NCBI GenBank assembly: GCA_965213705.1
Contig: OZ243913.1
Location: forward strand, 448,001 to 512,000
Direction: 5' to 3'
Source of the DNA: Trueperaceae bacterium
Lineage (GTDB): Bacteria; Deinococcota; Deinococci; Deinococcales; Trueperaceae
DNA length: 64,000 nt
The position numbers and the translations under genes are program-made. Positions 20,213-29,386 of the stretch are shown here, piece after piece. The first letter of the stretch is position 1; every line of letters starts with the position of its first letter. The notes under the pieces are model-generated. The model made no database searches. It was not told the origin of the DNA and saw only the letters and a list, made by a program, of their open reading frames with translations.

Positions 20213-21183
20213 CAGTAGTAGTTCAATCCGCCGCGCCGGTTGAAAATGAACACGCCTACAGACGCTATCAAGACCACAATCCCGAGCGCGATGCCGACCG
20301 CCGCCGCGTAGCCGAACTCGAACTGGCTGAAACCGGTTTTGTAAAGGTAAACGTTCGCCGTCAGCGTCGAGTTGATGGGGCCGCCCGCCGTCATCACCCA
20401 AACCTCGTCGAAAACGCGCAACGCGGCAATGGTCGAGAGGAGGCTGCACAGCAGCACGTAGGGCCGCAGCAGCGGAATCGTCACAAACCACAGCACCCCC
20501 GCCGGACCCGCCCCGTCGATGCGCGCCGCCTCGCCGAGTTCGCTCGGGATACTCTGCAAACCCGCTAAGTAAATCACCATGTAGTAGCCCAGCCCTTTCC
20601 ACAGCGTCACCGCCATGAGCGACCACAGCGCAATGCGTGGGTCGGTCAAAAAGCCTATCGGGTCGAGCGGATGAACCAGGCCGAGCGAGGCCAGCGCGCC
20701 GTTCAAGAGACCCCGGCTTTGAAACAGCCACTTCCAGGTAATCGCCACCGCCACCATCGAGGTGACGACCGGGATGTAGTAGAGCGTGCGGAAAACGCCA
20801 CGTCCGGGGATTTTTTGGTTGACGAGCACGGCTAGAACAATCGACAAAATTTGCAGCGGCGGCACGACCAGAAGGTACAGTAGTGAGTTTTTCATCGCCG
20901 TCCAAAAGTTGCTGTCTCTCATAAGTCGTTGAAAGTGCTCGAGGCCCACGAACGTCGGCTGCAAGGTGAGCGAAATGTCGAAAAACGCGAGCGGGATGCT
21001 CAAAAAAATAGGAAAGATGACGAACACCAGAAAAATAATCAACGTTGGCAGCACGAACAAAAAGCCGAACAGCGCGCGGTTCCGTTTCGAGCGGTTGCGG
21101 CTTGCGGGGATTGCGATGGTTGCGGTTTGCGCAGGAGCGGCCAAGACGGGGCCTCCTTGTGTTTTGGGGTGGGCAAAACTCAC
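20212..21183 (-). CDS. Carbohydrate ABC transporter permease (MalF-like)
   Basis: WKGLGYYMVIYLAGLQSIP, EAARIDGA, GYAAA motifs. Confidence 0.92.
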   Translation of the reverse strand: MSFAHPKTQGGPVLAAPAQTATIAIPASRNRSKRNRALFGFLFVLPTLIIFLVFVIFPIFLSIPLAFFDISLTLQPTFVGLEHFQRLMRDSNFWTAMKNSLLYLLVVPPLQILSIVLAVLVNQKIPGRGVFRTLYYIPVVTSMVAVAITWKWLFQSRGLLNGALASLGLVHPLDPIGFLTDPRIALWSLMAVTLWKGLGYYMVIYLAGLQSIPSELGEAARIDGAGPAGVLWFVTIPLLRPYVLLCSLLSTIAALRVFDEVWVMTAGGPINSTLTANVYLYKTGFSQFEFGYAAAVGIALGIVVLIASVGVFIFNRRGGLNYY

Positions 21184-21210
21184 ACCTACGAGCGTGACGA
21201 CCTTTTGTCA

Positions 21211-21272
21211 GGTAGAGGGGTAGGGAAGAAAAAGCTTCCGACTTTACTTCCCTACCCCTCTACTCCCCTACT
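21211..21272. repeat. Purine/pyrimidine repeat hairpin after the SBP gene
   Basis: GTAGAGGGGTAGGGAAG...CTTCCCTACCCCTCTAC perfect inverted repeat. Confidence 0.75.
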
Positions 21273-21300
21273 TCTTTCTCTTCGCTTTCTGCGTGACGAC

Positions 21301-22524
21301 TTACTCTTTGGCTAAAACGCTCACCGCGGTGGCGGCGTCTTCCAGGGCTTGCTCGGCCGTTTTTTGCCCGATCATGGCCTCGCCGAAAGCCTTGCGGATT
21401 TCGTCCTTGATGTCCTGGCGCACCTGGTTGTCGAAGCTGCGGTCGATGGACTGCGCTTGGATACAGCGCGCCCGGCCCTCCAAGGACTCCTGGTCGCTGC
21501 AGAAAAACTCGTCGCCGGCGGCCTCAACGGTCGAGGGGAAAATCGATACGAGTTTGGCAAACGCGAGCTGGTTGGCGTCGTTGGTGACGAAGTTGGCGAG
21601 TTCGATGGCTAAGTCGACGTTGTCGCTCGCCGCGGGCACGACCATGTTCTGAATCGCATTAGGGATGATGCCGGTCGCGGTTTGCGGGTAGGGCGCTAGG
21701 CCTAAGTTCGCGTAAACGTCGGGGCCATCGGACTCGACCGTGCGCAAAAACTGCGGCCCGGTCACAAGCATGGCGGCCTGGCCGCCCGCGAAGTCGCCGA
21801 TGGCTTTTTGGTAGTCGAAGTTGATGGCGTCTTGGCTCACCGCGCGGTTTTCAACTGCGTCCACGTACGTTTGCAGCGCGGCGACGCCTTCGGGGGTATT
21901 AAAGGCGGGCTCAGTGCCGTCTTCGCTCAGGATGTCCACGCCGTTTTGCACGAGCCAGTCTTCGGGAAAGGGCAGCGGCGCGATGCCTTCTAAAAAAGTC
22001 GCCTCACGAATGGTTTGCGCCAGTTGAATAGCCTCTTCGTAAGTGGTGGGTGCGCTTTCGGAGTCCAGCCCGGCTTGTTCGAAGATGCCCTTGTTGTACA
22101 TGAGAATCGTCGGAGCCTGATACCAGGGGAAGGCGTACACGCTGCCACCTACCGAACTCGAGTCCAGCAAGCTCGGGAAGTAAATCGACAGCTGCTCGGG
22201 CGTGGCGTTCTCACTCAAATTCACGAGCGCGTCTTCTTTCACAGCCAAACGCATCCTCGAGGTGTTCAAGTTCACCACGTCGGGCGCTTGGCCCGCCGCG
22301 ATGGACGCGAAAAACTTGTCCGGAAAGCCGCCGTCGGGCAGGTCGACCCAGTTCACAGTGACGCCGGGGTGGTCGGCTTCAAACTCGGCGACGACCCCGT
22401 TGATGTAGTCGTCAAACGTCGGGGACAGCGCCAGGGTCCACATCTCGAGTTCCTGGGCGACGGCGCTGGACAGGGCGAACAGCGCCAGCAGGGGCAACAA
22501 AAGCGTCAAAAAACGTTTTTTCAT
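21301..22524 (-). CDS. Sugar ABC transporter substrate-binding protein
   Basis: Signal peptide; WTLALSPTFDDYI, APDVVNLN, YAFPWY, MYNKGIF. Confidence 0.9.
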   Translation of the reverse strand: MKKRFLTLLLPLLALFALSSAVAQELEMWTLALSPTFDDYINGVVAEFEADHPGVTVNWVDLPDGGFPDKFFASIAAGQAPDVVNLNTSRMRLAVKEDALVNLSENATPEQLSIYFPSLLDSSSVGGSVYAFPWYQAPTILMYNKGIFEQAGLDSESAPTTYEEAIQLAQTIREATFLEGIAPLPFPEDWLVQNGVDILSEDGTEPAFNTPEGVAALQTYVDAVENRAVSQDAINFDYQKAIGDFAGGQAAMLVTGPQFLRTVESDGPDVYANLGLAPYPQTATGIIPNAIQNMVVPAASDNVDLAIELANFVTNDANQLAFAKLVSIFPSTVEAAGDEFFCSDQESLEGRARCIQAQSIDRSFDNQVRQDIKDEIRKAFGEAMIGQKTAEQALEDAATAVSVLAKE

Positions 22525-22603
22525 AATCCTCCCGTGACAACCTATACGACAAGTGGCCCCTAAGGGTTAGGAGCTTGGAAAGCTGAGGTTGTCCTTCGTG
22601 TTC

Positions 22604-22659
22604 AGTATGACTTTTGGAGTAATGTTTTGTCAAGGGAAAGAATTTTGGAGTATTCCTTC
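22604..22659 (-). promoter_or_regulatory. Promoter (TTGACA-N18-CATACT) with a TTTTGGAGTA direct repeat and GAAAGAAT-N8-ATTCCTTC inverted repeat; candidate RpiR operator for the divergent operons
   Basis: Direct repeat at 22612-22621 and 22643-22652; imperfect palindrome at 22636-22659; lies between divergent operons. Confidence 0.5.
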
Positions 22660-22773
22660 ATTAAGGTTTGTAGCTTGTGGGTTGTAGGTTGTGGGAAAAT
22701 CAAAACCTATAGGCTACAAACTACAGGCTGCCGAAACGGGGTAGGCTGGGTGTCGGCAGAAGTGAGGTGAGAC

Positions 22774-23799
22774 GTGAAACGAGTGGGCATCGTCGGGGCG
22801 GGGTTGATGGGCAACTGGCACGCGGAGAGGTGGCGGGGGTTGCCCGTAGAACTGGCCGGGTTTTACAACCGCTCTCGTCCCGCTGCGGAGGCTTCGGTAG
22901 CGCGCTTCGGGGGCGAGGTGTTCGGGACGCTCGAGGCCCTCGTCGACTCGGTCGACATCGTCGACGTGTGTACCCCGACCCCGGCCCACAAAGAGGGTGT
23001 GCTGGCCGCAGCGGAAGCAGGCAAGCCGGTGGTTTGTGAAAAACCCCTGGCCCGGCACCTGAGCGACGCAGCAGAGATGGTCGCGGCGTGCGAGGCGGCG
23101 GGCGTGCCGCTGTTCGTCGGACACGTGGTGCGCTTTTTCCCGCAGTACGTGGCGGCTAAAAAAGCGCTGGACCGCGGTGACTTGGGCGAGCCCGGCGTCA
23201 TCCGACTCGTGCGGGCGGGCGTGTTTCCGCGCGCGACGCCCGACACCTGGTACAACAGCTTCGAGCAGGGCGGCGGCGTGGTGATGGACTTGTCCATCCA
23301 CGACCTCGACTTCGCTAGGTGGTGTTTCGGTTCGGTCGAACGGGTGTTCGCGCGCGGCCTCACCTTTACGGGCAAAAGTATGCTCGACCACGCGCTCGTC
23401 GCGCTACGCTTCAAAAACGGCGCGCTGGGACACGTCGAAGGAAGTTGGGCCTCGCCGCCGAGCGTGTTCCGCACCGCGCTGGAAATTGCCGGAACCGGGG
23501 GCATTGTCGAGTGGGACGCCACGGACCCCGCCCCGCTGCAAGCCTCACTCAAGGTCACCGACGAGGCCGAGCAAAAAGTTCCCCAGAGCGCCGACAACCC
23601 GCTCGCCCCCGCGGATGACCCGTACCGGCAGGAACTCGAGCACTTCTTACACGTCCTCGAGCACGGCGGACGTTTCCGCGTCACCCCGCAAGACGCGCTC
23701 GCCGCCCTCAAACTATCCCTCGCCACGATAGAGTCGTTGCGCTCCGGCCGTCCGGTCGCCCTCGCCGACTTTGCAGAAACGAAAGAGGTGCGCGCGTGA
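22774..23799 (+). CDS. Gfo/Idh/MocA oxidoreductase
   Basis: GIVGAGLMG, CEKP, GGVVMDLSIHDLD motifs. Confidence 0.92.
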   Translation: MKRVGIVGAGLMGNWHAERWRGLPVELAGFYNRSRPAAEASVARFGGEVFGTLEALVDSVDIVDVCTPTPAHKEGVLAAAEAGKPVVCEKPLARHLSDAAEMVAACEAAGVPLFVGHVVRFFPQYVAAKKALDRGDLGEPGVIRLVRAGVFPRATPDTWYNSFEQGGGVVMDLSIHDLDFARWCFGSVERVFARGLTFTGKSMLDHALVALRFKNGALGHVEGSWASPPSVFRTALEIAGTGGIVEWDATDPAPLQASLKVTDEAEQKVPQSADNPLAPADDPYRQELEHFLHVLEHGGRFRVTPQDALAALKLSLATIESLRSGRPVALADFAETKEVRA

Positions 23800-24794
23800 G
23801 GGTCGGGATGCTGAGCTTCGCCCACATGCACGCCCACAGCTACGCCGCCGCGCTGCTCAAGCTGCCGGACGTGGCGCTGGCAGGAATTTACGACGCGGAC
23901 GGGGCTCGAGGCCAAGCTGCTGCCGACCGCCACAGAACGAAATTTTTTGCTGACCTCGAGGCCCTTTTAGGTATGAACTTGGACGGCGTCGTCGTCTGCT
24001 CCGAAAACGTCCACCACCGCGCGTTGGTCGAACGCGCCGCTGAAAAAGTGCCCTACATCCTCTGCGAAAAACCGTTGGCGACGACCCTTGAAGACGCTTC
24101 CGCCATGATAGAAACCTGCGCCGAGCACGGGACCAAGTTGCAAACTGCCTTCCCGGTACGCTTCGCGCCGCCGGTTCAGAGCCTCAAAAAGATGCTGGAC
24201 GCGGGTGCGCTTGGCAAAGTCATCAGCGCCGTTTGCACCAACCACGGACGGATGCCGGGGGGTTGGTTTGTGGACAAAAGTTTGGCGGGCGGCGGCGCGG
24301 TCATGGACCACACGGTTCACGTCGCCGACCTGCTGCGCTGGTTTTGGGGCACCGAAATCAGCGAGGTCTACGCCGAAGTCGGCCACAGCCTGCTGCACCC
24401 CGACACCGACATCGACGACGCCGGACTGTTGTCGTTCACGCTTCAAAACGGCGTCTACGGCACCCTCGACACGAGTTGGTCGCGGCCTGCAAACTATCCC
24501 GTCTGGGGCGACGTGAAGCTCGAGCTTTTGGGTGAAAAAGGCCTGGTCCGCGTCGACGTGTTTCGGCAACATCTCACCCTGACCTCCCTAAAAAGCGGAA
24601 CGCAGTACCTGAATTGGGGTAGCGACGCCGACCTCGGCCTTATTAAAGACTTCGTCGAAACCATGCGTCACGACCGCACGCCCTCGATTACCGGCGAGGA
24701 CGGCCTGAGGGCGCTCGAGGTCGCGCTGGCGGCCTACGAGTCGGCAAAGACGGGTGAGGTCGTCGAGTTGGGAAGTAGGAAAGCAGGGAAGTAG
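23796..24794 (+). CDS. Gfo/Idh/MocA oxidoreductase
   Basis: LSFAHMHA, LCEKP, GGGAVMDHTVH; GTGA overlap with the upstream gene. Confidence 0.92.
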   Translation: MRVGMLSFAHMHAHSYAAALLKLPDVALAGIYDADGARGQAAADRHRTKFFADLEALLGMNLDGVVVCSENVHHRALVERAAEKVPYILCEKPLATTLEDASAMIETCAEHGTKLQTAFPVRFAPPVQSLKKMLDAGALGKVISAVCTNHGRMPGGWFVDKSLAGGGAVMDHTVHVADLLRWFWGTEISEVYAEVGHSLLHPDTDIDDAGLLSFTLQNGVYGTLDTSWSRPANYPVWGDVKLELLGEKGLVRVDVFRQHLTLTSLKSGTQYLNWGSDADLGLIKDFVETMRHDRTPSITGEDGLRALEVALAAYESAKTGEVVELGSRKAGK

Positions 24795-24859
24795 ACCGAC
24801 ACCACTTTTCACTTTCTACTCGGTACTTTTCAGCAGATAGTTTTGAAAGGATTGTAAAC

Positions 24860-25708
24860 ATGGCAACTCCCCTCCGAATAGGCGTCTCGAGCTATTCCTA
24901 CTGGCACTTCACGCCCGAGAAGGTGCCACTCGAGTTTGTGATTGACCGGGCACACAGTCTTGGGCTGTTCGGGGTCGAAATCCTGCAGGAGCAGTTGGAG
25001 AGCGAGGACAACGGCTACTTGCAACAGCTCAAACGCCACGCGTTTCGCAAGGGCGTCGCGCTGTACAACCTCGGCACGTCGCAGAGTTTCGTGTGGGACG
25101 GAGTTGACAAGCGCCGCGAAAACGTCGAACACACCAAGCGCTGCATCGACCTGGCCCACGCGCTCGGCGTGCCGTCCATCCGCGTCAACGCAGGCACCTG
25201 GCGGCGGGAGGGCTCGGGCAGCTTGCAGGACACGCGCGGTTGGAGCGAACCCTGGCCGGGCGCAACACAAGACGACGGTTTCGACTGGGCTATCGAAGGC
25301 TTGCGCGCTTGCGTAGAGCACGCCGAACAGCGGGGGGTGATGCTTCTTTTGGAAAACCATTGGGGCCTCACCACCACCGCCGCCGGGATGTTGCGGGTGC
25401 TGGAGGGTGTAAACTCCCCGTGGCTCCGCGCCATTCTCGACATGGGCAATTTTTATTATGATGGCGACATGTACACGGCGATGGAAAAAGTCGCGCCCTG
25501 GGTCGATTTAGCCCACGCTAAGACTTACCCCGGCGGTGGCTTAGTATTCACCATTCCCATCGACTTCGAGCGGGTGTTTCGGATGTTGAAGGCGGCGAAT
25601 TTTACGGGTTATGTGTCTATCGAGATGGAAGGCCGTGAGAGTGCTGAGACGGCGGTGCCGAAGAGTATTGAAACGTTACAGAAAGCTTGGAAAGATGCCT
25701 CGAGCTAG
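24860..25708 (+). CDS. Sugar phosphate isomerase/epimerase (AP-endonuclease-2 TIM barrel)
   Basis: LENHWG, LDMGNF, HAK, SIEMEG metal-binding motifs. Confidence 0.88.
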   Translation: MATPLRIGVSSYSYWHFTPEKVPLEFVIDRAHSLGLFGVEILQEQLESEDNGYLQQLKRHAFRKGVALYNLGTSQSFVWDGVDKRRENVEHTKRCIDLAHALGVPSIRVNAGTWRREGSGSLQDTRGWSEPWPGATQDDGFDWAIEGLRACVEHAEQRGVMLLLENHWGLTTTAAGMLRVLEGVNSPWLRAILDMGNFYYDGDMYTAMEKVAPWVDLAHAKTYPGGGLVFTIPIDFERVFRMLKAANFTGYVSIEMEGRESAETAVPKSIETLQKAWKDASS

Positions 25709-26607
25709 CTCTCACTCGTGTTTAGACTGTTTCGTTGGATGGTTTTGAAGTCCGACCAGCTTTTTAGAACCATGCTCTCGAGCGCCTCTGGATACACAAA
25801 TCCGTAGCGTTCGGCGAGGTCGCGTCCTACCTTGGTGACGTGAGCGTTCAAGCGGTCAATGGCCTGGAAAATTTCGTCTCGGTTGCGACTTGGCAGGCCG
25901 AGGGTCTCGAGGAGGTCGGTCTCGTCCAGGGTGCGGCTGACGGGTGTCATACTGTGAATGGTGAGGCGGCTGATGTCGCCGCAATCCCGCCCCGTCTCGC
26001 GGACGTAGAGGAGCCGCATCAGCACGGGGCGGAACCGGTTGAGTCCTTCCCAGGCGAGGGTGTCGAGCCCGCGGTACAAAACTTTCCGATTTTTGTGGGC
26101 GTTCAGCCAAAAGAAGCCGATAAGCTTTTCTAGTTCGTCGGCGTTCGCCTGTGGATAGTCGAGCACCTGTTCCGCTGGAGGTGTGACCAGCTTTTCCGCC
26201 CAGCGCTCGTCGCGACAGCCCAAAACGAGTCGCGCTTCGGGCGTGAGAGACGCCGCGGTGCTCTGCACATAAAGGTCGTAGATGTCGCCGTTGGGGGCGA
26301 GCAGGTGGTGCAGGACGGCTCCCTCCCTAAACTGTAAAACGTGATGGACGAGAGGTGCCGTTTTAAAGACAGCGGTCAGGGTGGGATTTTCCCAAGCGGC
26401 GAAGTTTTCGGGTGTAACCGCCACGCGCAGGTCGATATCGCTGTAAGGGTCGCCCTTGCCACTCCCCAAGCTGCCGCCGAGCCAGACCGCAACAATCTCG
26501 GAGCGTTGCCACAGCTTGCCGACGACCTCTTTCAAAAAAGGCGTTTGTGGCAAGTCGGGAAGGTGGCCTAGAATCAGGTTGCCGTTTCCGGACGTATCAT
26601 GGGTCAT
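25705..26607 (-). CDS. Pol-beta-family nucleotidyltransferase domain protein
   Basis: GGSLGSGKGDPYSDIDL motif plus a helical C-terminal domain. Confidence 0.75.
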   Translation of the reverse strand: MTHDTSGNGNLILGHLPDLPQTPFLKEVVGKLWQRSEIVAVWLGGSLGSGKGDPYSDIDLRVAVTPENFAAWENPTLTAVFKTAPLVHHVLQFREGAVLHHLLAPNGDIYDLYVQSTAASLTPEARLVLGCRDERWAEKLVTPPAEQVLDYPQANADELEKLIGFFWLNAHKNRKVLYRGLDTLAWEGLNRFRPVLMRLLYVRETGRDCGDISRLTIHSMTPVSRTLDETDLLETLGLPSRNRDEIFQAIDRLNAHVTKVGRDLAERYGFVYPEALESMVLKSWSDFKTIQRNSLNTSES

Positions 26608-26655
26608 GTGTTACCTCACTCCTGAGCTTACCCAAAGTCGCCGTGCTGAGTCCTT

Positions 26656-27309
26656 GTGTTGAGCAAAAGCGACCTCCGCGAACTCTACGACGCCTTCGGC
26701 AGCAAGCAGGACCGAGCGGCGCGTTACGAGGAGCCTGCGCTTGACAAGCTGCTCGAGCACGCCCACTTCGGCACAGCTAGGGCCGTGTTCGAACTCGGCC
26801 CCGGCACCGGCCGCTTTGCGCAGAATTTGCTGACGAACTACCTGCCTAAAACCGCGACCTACACCGGCGTCGACCTCAGTTCTACGATGGTTGCGCTGAC
26901 TAAGGAACGCCTCGCTCCTTTTGCAGACAGAGTCGAAGTGCAGCAGTCGGACGGCGCGCTGAAGTTTGACGAGCGAGACGCCTCGGTGGACAGGTTTGTG
27001 TCTACCTACGTCCTCGACCTGTTATCCGAAAACGACATTCACACGGTTCTCGCCGAGGCGCAGCGGCTGCTCGAGCCCGGCGGCTTGTTGTGTCTGGCGG
27101 GGTTGACCTACAGCCCGCAACCGCTGGCGAGGTTGAAAATCACCTTGTGGGAACTCGCCTACCGGGTGAACCCCAAGTGGCTGGGCGGCTGTCGGCCGCT
27201 GCGGATGCTCGAGTTTCTGCCGCAAGACGTGTTCAGGCTCGAGTACCACGGGGTTGTAGTTGCCGCTGCCACGCCGTCGGAAGTCGTGGTGGCAAGAAAG
27301 CTGGGTTGA
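26656..27309 (+). CDS. Class I SAM-dependent methyltransferase
   Basis: VFELGPGTG, GVDLS, LLEPGG motifs. Confidence 0.88.
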   Translation: MLSKSDLRELYDAFGSKQDRAARYEEPALDKLLEHAHFGTARAVFELGPGTGRFAQNLLTNYLPKTATYTGVDLSSTMVALTKERLAPFADRVEVQQSDGALKFDERDASVDRFVSTYVLDLLSENDIHTVLAEAQRLLEPGGLLCLAGLTYSPQPLARLKITLWELAYRVNPKWLGGCRPLRMLEFLPQDVFRLEYHGVVVAAATPSEVVVARKLG

Positions 27310-27396
27310 CCCCTGCCCGCGCTTTGCCGCTACACCAAACCGACTTTCTTTCAGTCAAAATAGGCTAAACTGGGTTTACACTTTTGGGGAGGGGCA

Positions 27397-27906
27397 ATGC
27401 AGTCTGAGAGCGACGAACAGCTTGTTCAGCGCCTGGCGGAGCGGGACGAGTCGGCCCTGTTAAAGCTTCACAGCCGTTACGCTCACCAACTGGTCGCGTT
27501 TATCGGGCGTATCTCGAGCGACTCCGACGAGGTCATGCAGAGCGCCCTGGACACCTTCGCCTACGTTTGGAACCACGCCGGGGAGTTCGAGCCCGAAAAG
27601 ATGAGCGCTCGCGCTTGGTTGGTGACCGTCGCTCAGCGCACCGCCCTCAACCATCGTCGTGGCGGCGACTTAGAGCCTATGCCTTTACGCTGGAACGTGC
27701 CTGCACGCCACCCGGCCGAGCATATTCTGGAGGTTGTCGCCGACCTCAGTCCAGAGGCGCGTGACTATTTAGAGCTTGCCTTTTACCGGGGTCTTTCGCA
27801 GCGTCAGGTTGCTGAGGAAACGGGCAAGCACGTCGACGCCGTGCAGGCCGAGATGCGCCAGGCGCTTCACCAGCTGCGCCAGCGGCGGGCGGGGGGTGAG
27901 CCGTGA
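27397..27906 (+). CDS. ECF sigma factor (SigK-like)
   Basis: SDEQLV..DESAL, AWLVTVA, LELAFYRGLSQRQVAEETG (region 4). Confidence 0.82.
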   Translation: MQSESDEQLVQRLAERDESALLKLHSRYAHQLVAFIGRISSDSDEVMQSALDTFAYVWNHAGEFEPEKMSARAWLVTVAQRTALNHRRGGDLEPMPLRWNVPARHPAEHILEVVADLSPEARDYLELAFYRGLSQRQVAEETGKHVDAVQAEMRQALHQLRQRRAGGEP

Positions 27907-28154
27907 CCCTCGGTGAAGACATCCTTATCAACTACGTGATGGGCGCGCTCTCGAACGCCGAAGAACGTGAAGTCGCCCTTTACCTGAACGACCATCCTGA
28001 AGAGGCGGCCCTGGTTCGCGACTTTTTCGAACTGCTGGCCGTTCTCGCGCTCGACCAGGAGCCCGCCCACCTGCCCCCCGACGTCGAGATGATTTTGCTG
28101 CGGCGCATTCGGCAGGAAAAAGAGGCCGGTCCGGCCGGCGAAGAATCTACATAA
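27903..28154 (+). CDS. Short anti-sigma-like protein
   Basis: GTGA overlap with the sigma gene; YVMGALSNAEEREV resembles RskA N-terminal anti-sigma domains. Confidence 0.6.
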   Translation: MTLGEDILINYVMGALSNAEEREVALYLNDHPEEAALVRDFFELLAVLALDQEPAHLPPDVEMILLRRIRQEKEAGPAGEEST

Positions 28155-28197
28155 AACCTGCGTAGAGACGCGCCCTTCCGCCTCTCGTGAACACCTC

Positions 28198-29280
28198 TCA
28201 CCGCAACGCTTGTAAGAGAGGCGCGGGGCGCTCGCAGGTGCTCTCGAGCACGACGCGTCGCCCCGTTTCCGCCGCGGTGAAAAAGGCTTGCAGCGTCTCG
28301 AGCACGTGGTACGCCAGTTCGCCGCTCGCCCGGTGGGGGCGGTTTTCACGAACGCCCTGCACAAAGTCGGCGAGGGCGAGGCCCCAGTCTCGCGGCAAAT
28401 CGTCGTAAGGGTTGACGAGCGGCAGTTCACGCCAGGTTTCGTCGTTCGCGCCGCGAACGCGCACCGGCCCGGCGAAGTCGTTGGGCGCGCGCAGCGAGAG
28501 CGTGCCTTTTGAACCGTAGACCTCGAATTTGGGCACTTCCGAGTGCCACACGTCGAAGCTCGTTGTCAGGGTGGCGACCGCGCCGCTCGAGAACTCCAAA
28601 AGACCTGCGACGTGCGTAGGTGTGGTGACTTGGAAAGTCTCACCGGCTTTTGCGCCGCTGCCGACGGTGCGCTCCGGGAAAGTAACGCGCGCCGAGCCGA
28701 GCACCCGCTCGACCGGCCCGAGCAGCGTGACCAGGGCCGCGACGTAGTAAGGTCCGATGTCGAGCAGCGGGCCGCCGCCGGGTCCGTAGAAGGGAGCCGG
28801 GTTCGGGTGCCAGCTCTCCATGCCCCGGCTCGCCATAAACGCGCTCGCCGCCACAACCCTCCCGATGAGCCCGTCGTCGACAGCTTTGCGCGCGGTCTGC
28901 ACCGCCGCGCCCAAAAAGGTCGACGGCGCGCAGGCGACACGCAAGTCTCGTTCTCGAGCGACTTTCAAGACTTCCCACGCGTCCTCGAGCCCGGTCGCCA
29001 AAGGCTTTTCGCTGTAGACGTGTTTGCCCGCACGAAGCGCTCGCAACGACACGCCTGCGTGCGCCGCCGGGACGGTCAGGTTGACAATTGTTTCAACCTC
29101 GGGGTGCCTAAGCAGTTCGTCGACGCTTAAAACCAGTGGGACGCCGAACTCTGCGGCTCGAACCCGTGCCAAGTCCAGGTCGAGGTCGCTGCAGGCGACG
29201 AACTTTACGCCTTTGAAAAACTGGGCAGCCCTAAAGTAAAGCGGGCTGATGTTGCCGCAGCCGACGACGCCGAGGTTCAC
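28198..29280 (-). CDS. Gfo/Idh/MocA oxidoreductase
   Basis: GVVGCGNIS, YSEKP, GGGPLLDIGPYY. Confidence 0.92.
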   Translation of the reverse strand: MNLGVVGCGNISPLYFRAAQFFKGVKFVACSDLDLDLARVRAAEFGVPLVLSVDELLRHPEVETIVNLTVPAAHAGVSLRALRAGKHVYSEKPLATGLEDAWEVLKVARERDLRVACAPSTFLGAAVQTARKAVDDGLIGRVVAASAFMASRGMESWHPNPAPFYGPGGGPLLDIGPYYVAALVTLLGPVERVLGSARVTFPERTVGSGAKAGETFQVTTPTHVAGLLEFSSGAVATLTTSFDVWHSEVPKFEVYGSKGTLSLRAPNDFAGPVRVRGANDETWRELPLVNPYDDLPRDWGLALADFVQGVRENRPHRASGELAYHVLETLQAFFTAAETGRRVVLESTCERPAPLLQALR

Positions 29281-29386
29281 GGGACGCAGGAAGCGGGCGG
29301 GAGGAAACTCGGCATGGATATTTCCTCGTCAGGACTTGTAGCTCGTAGCTTGTAAAAACACGAACTACGGACTGTCAAGCTCGAAA

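Noticed and set aside
20213..20905. N-terminal extension of the 521-aa permease ORF
   Set aside because: Shadow frame of the upstream permease.
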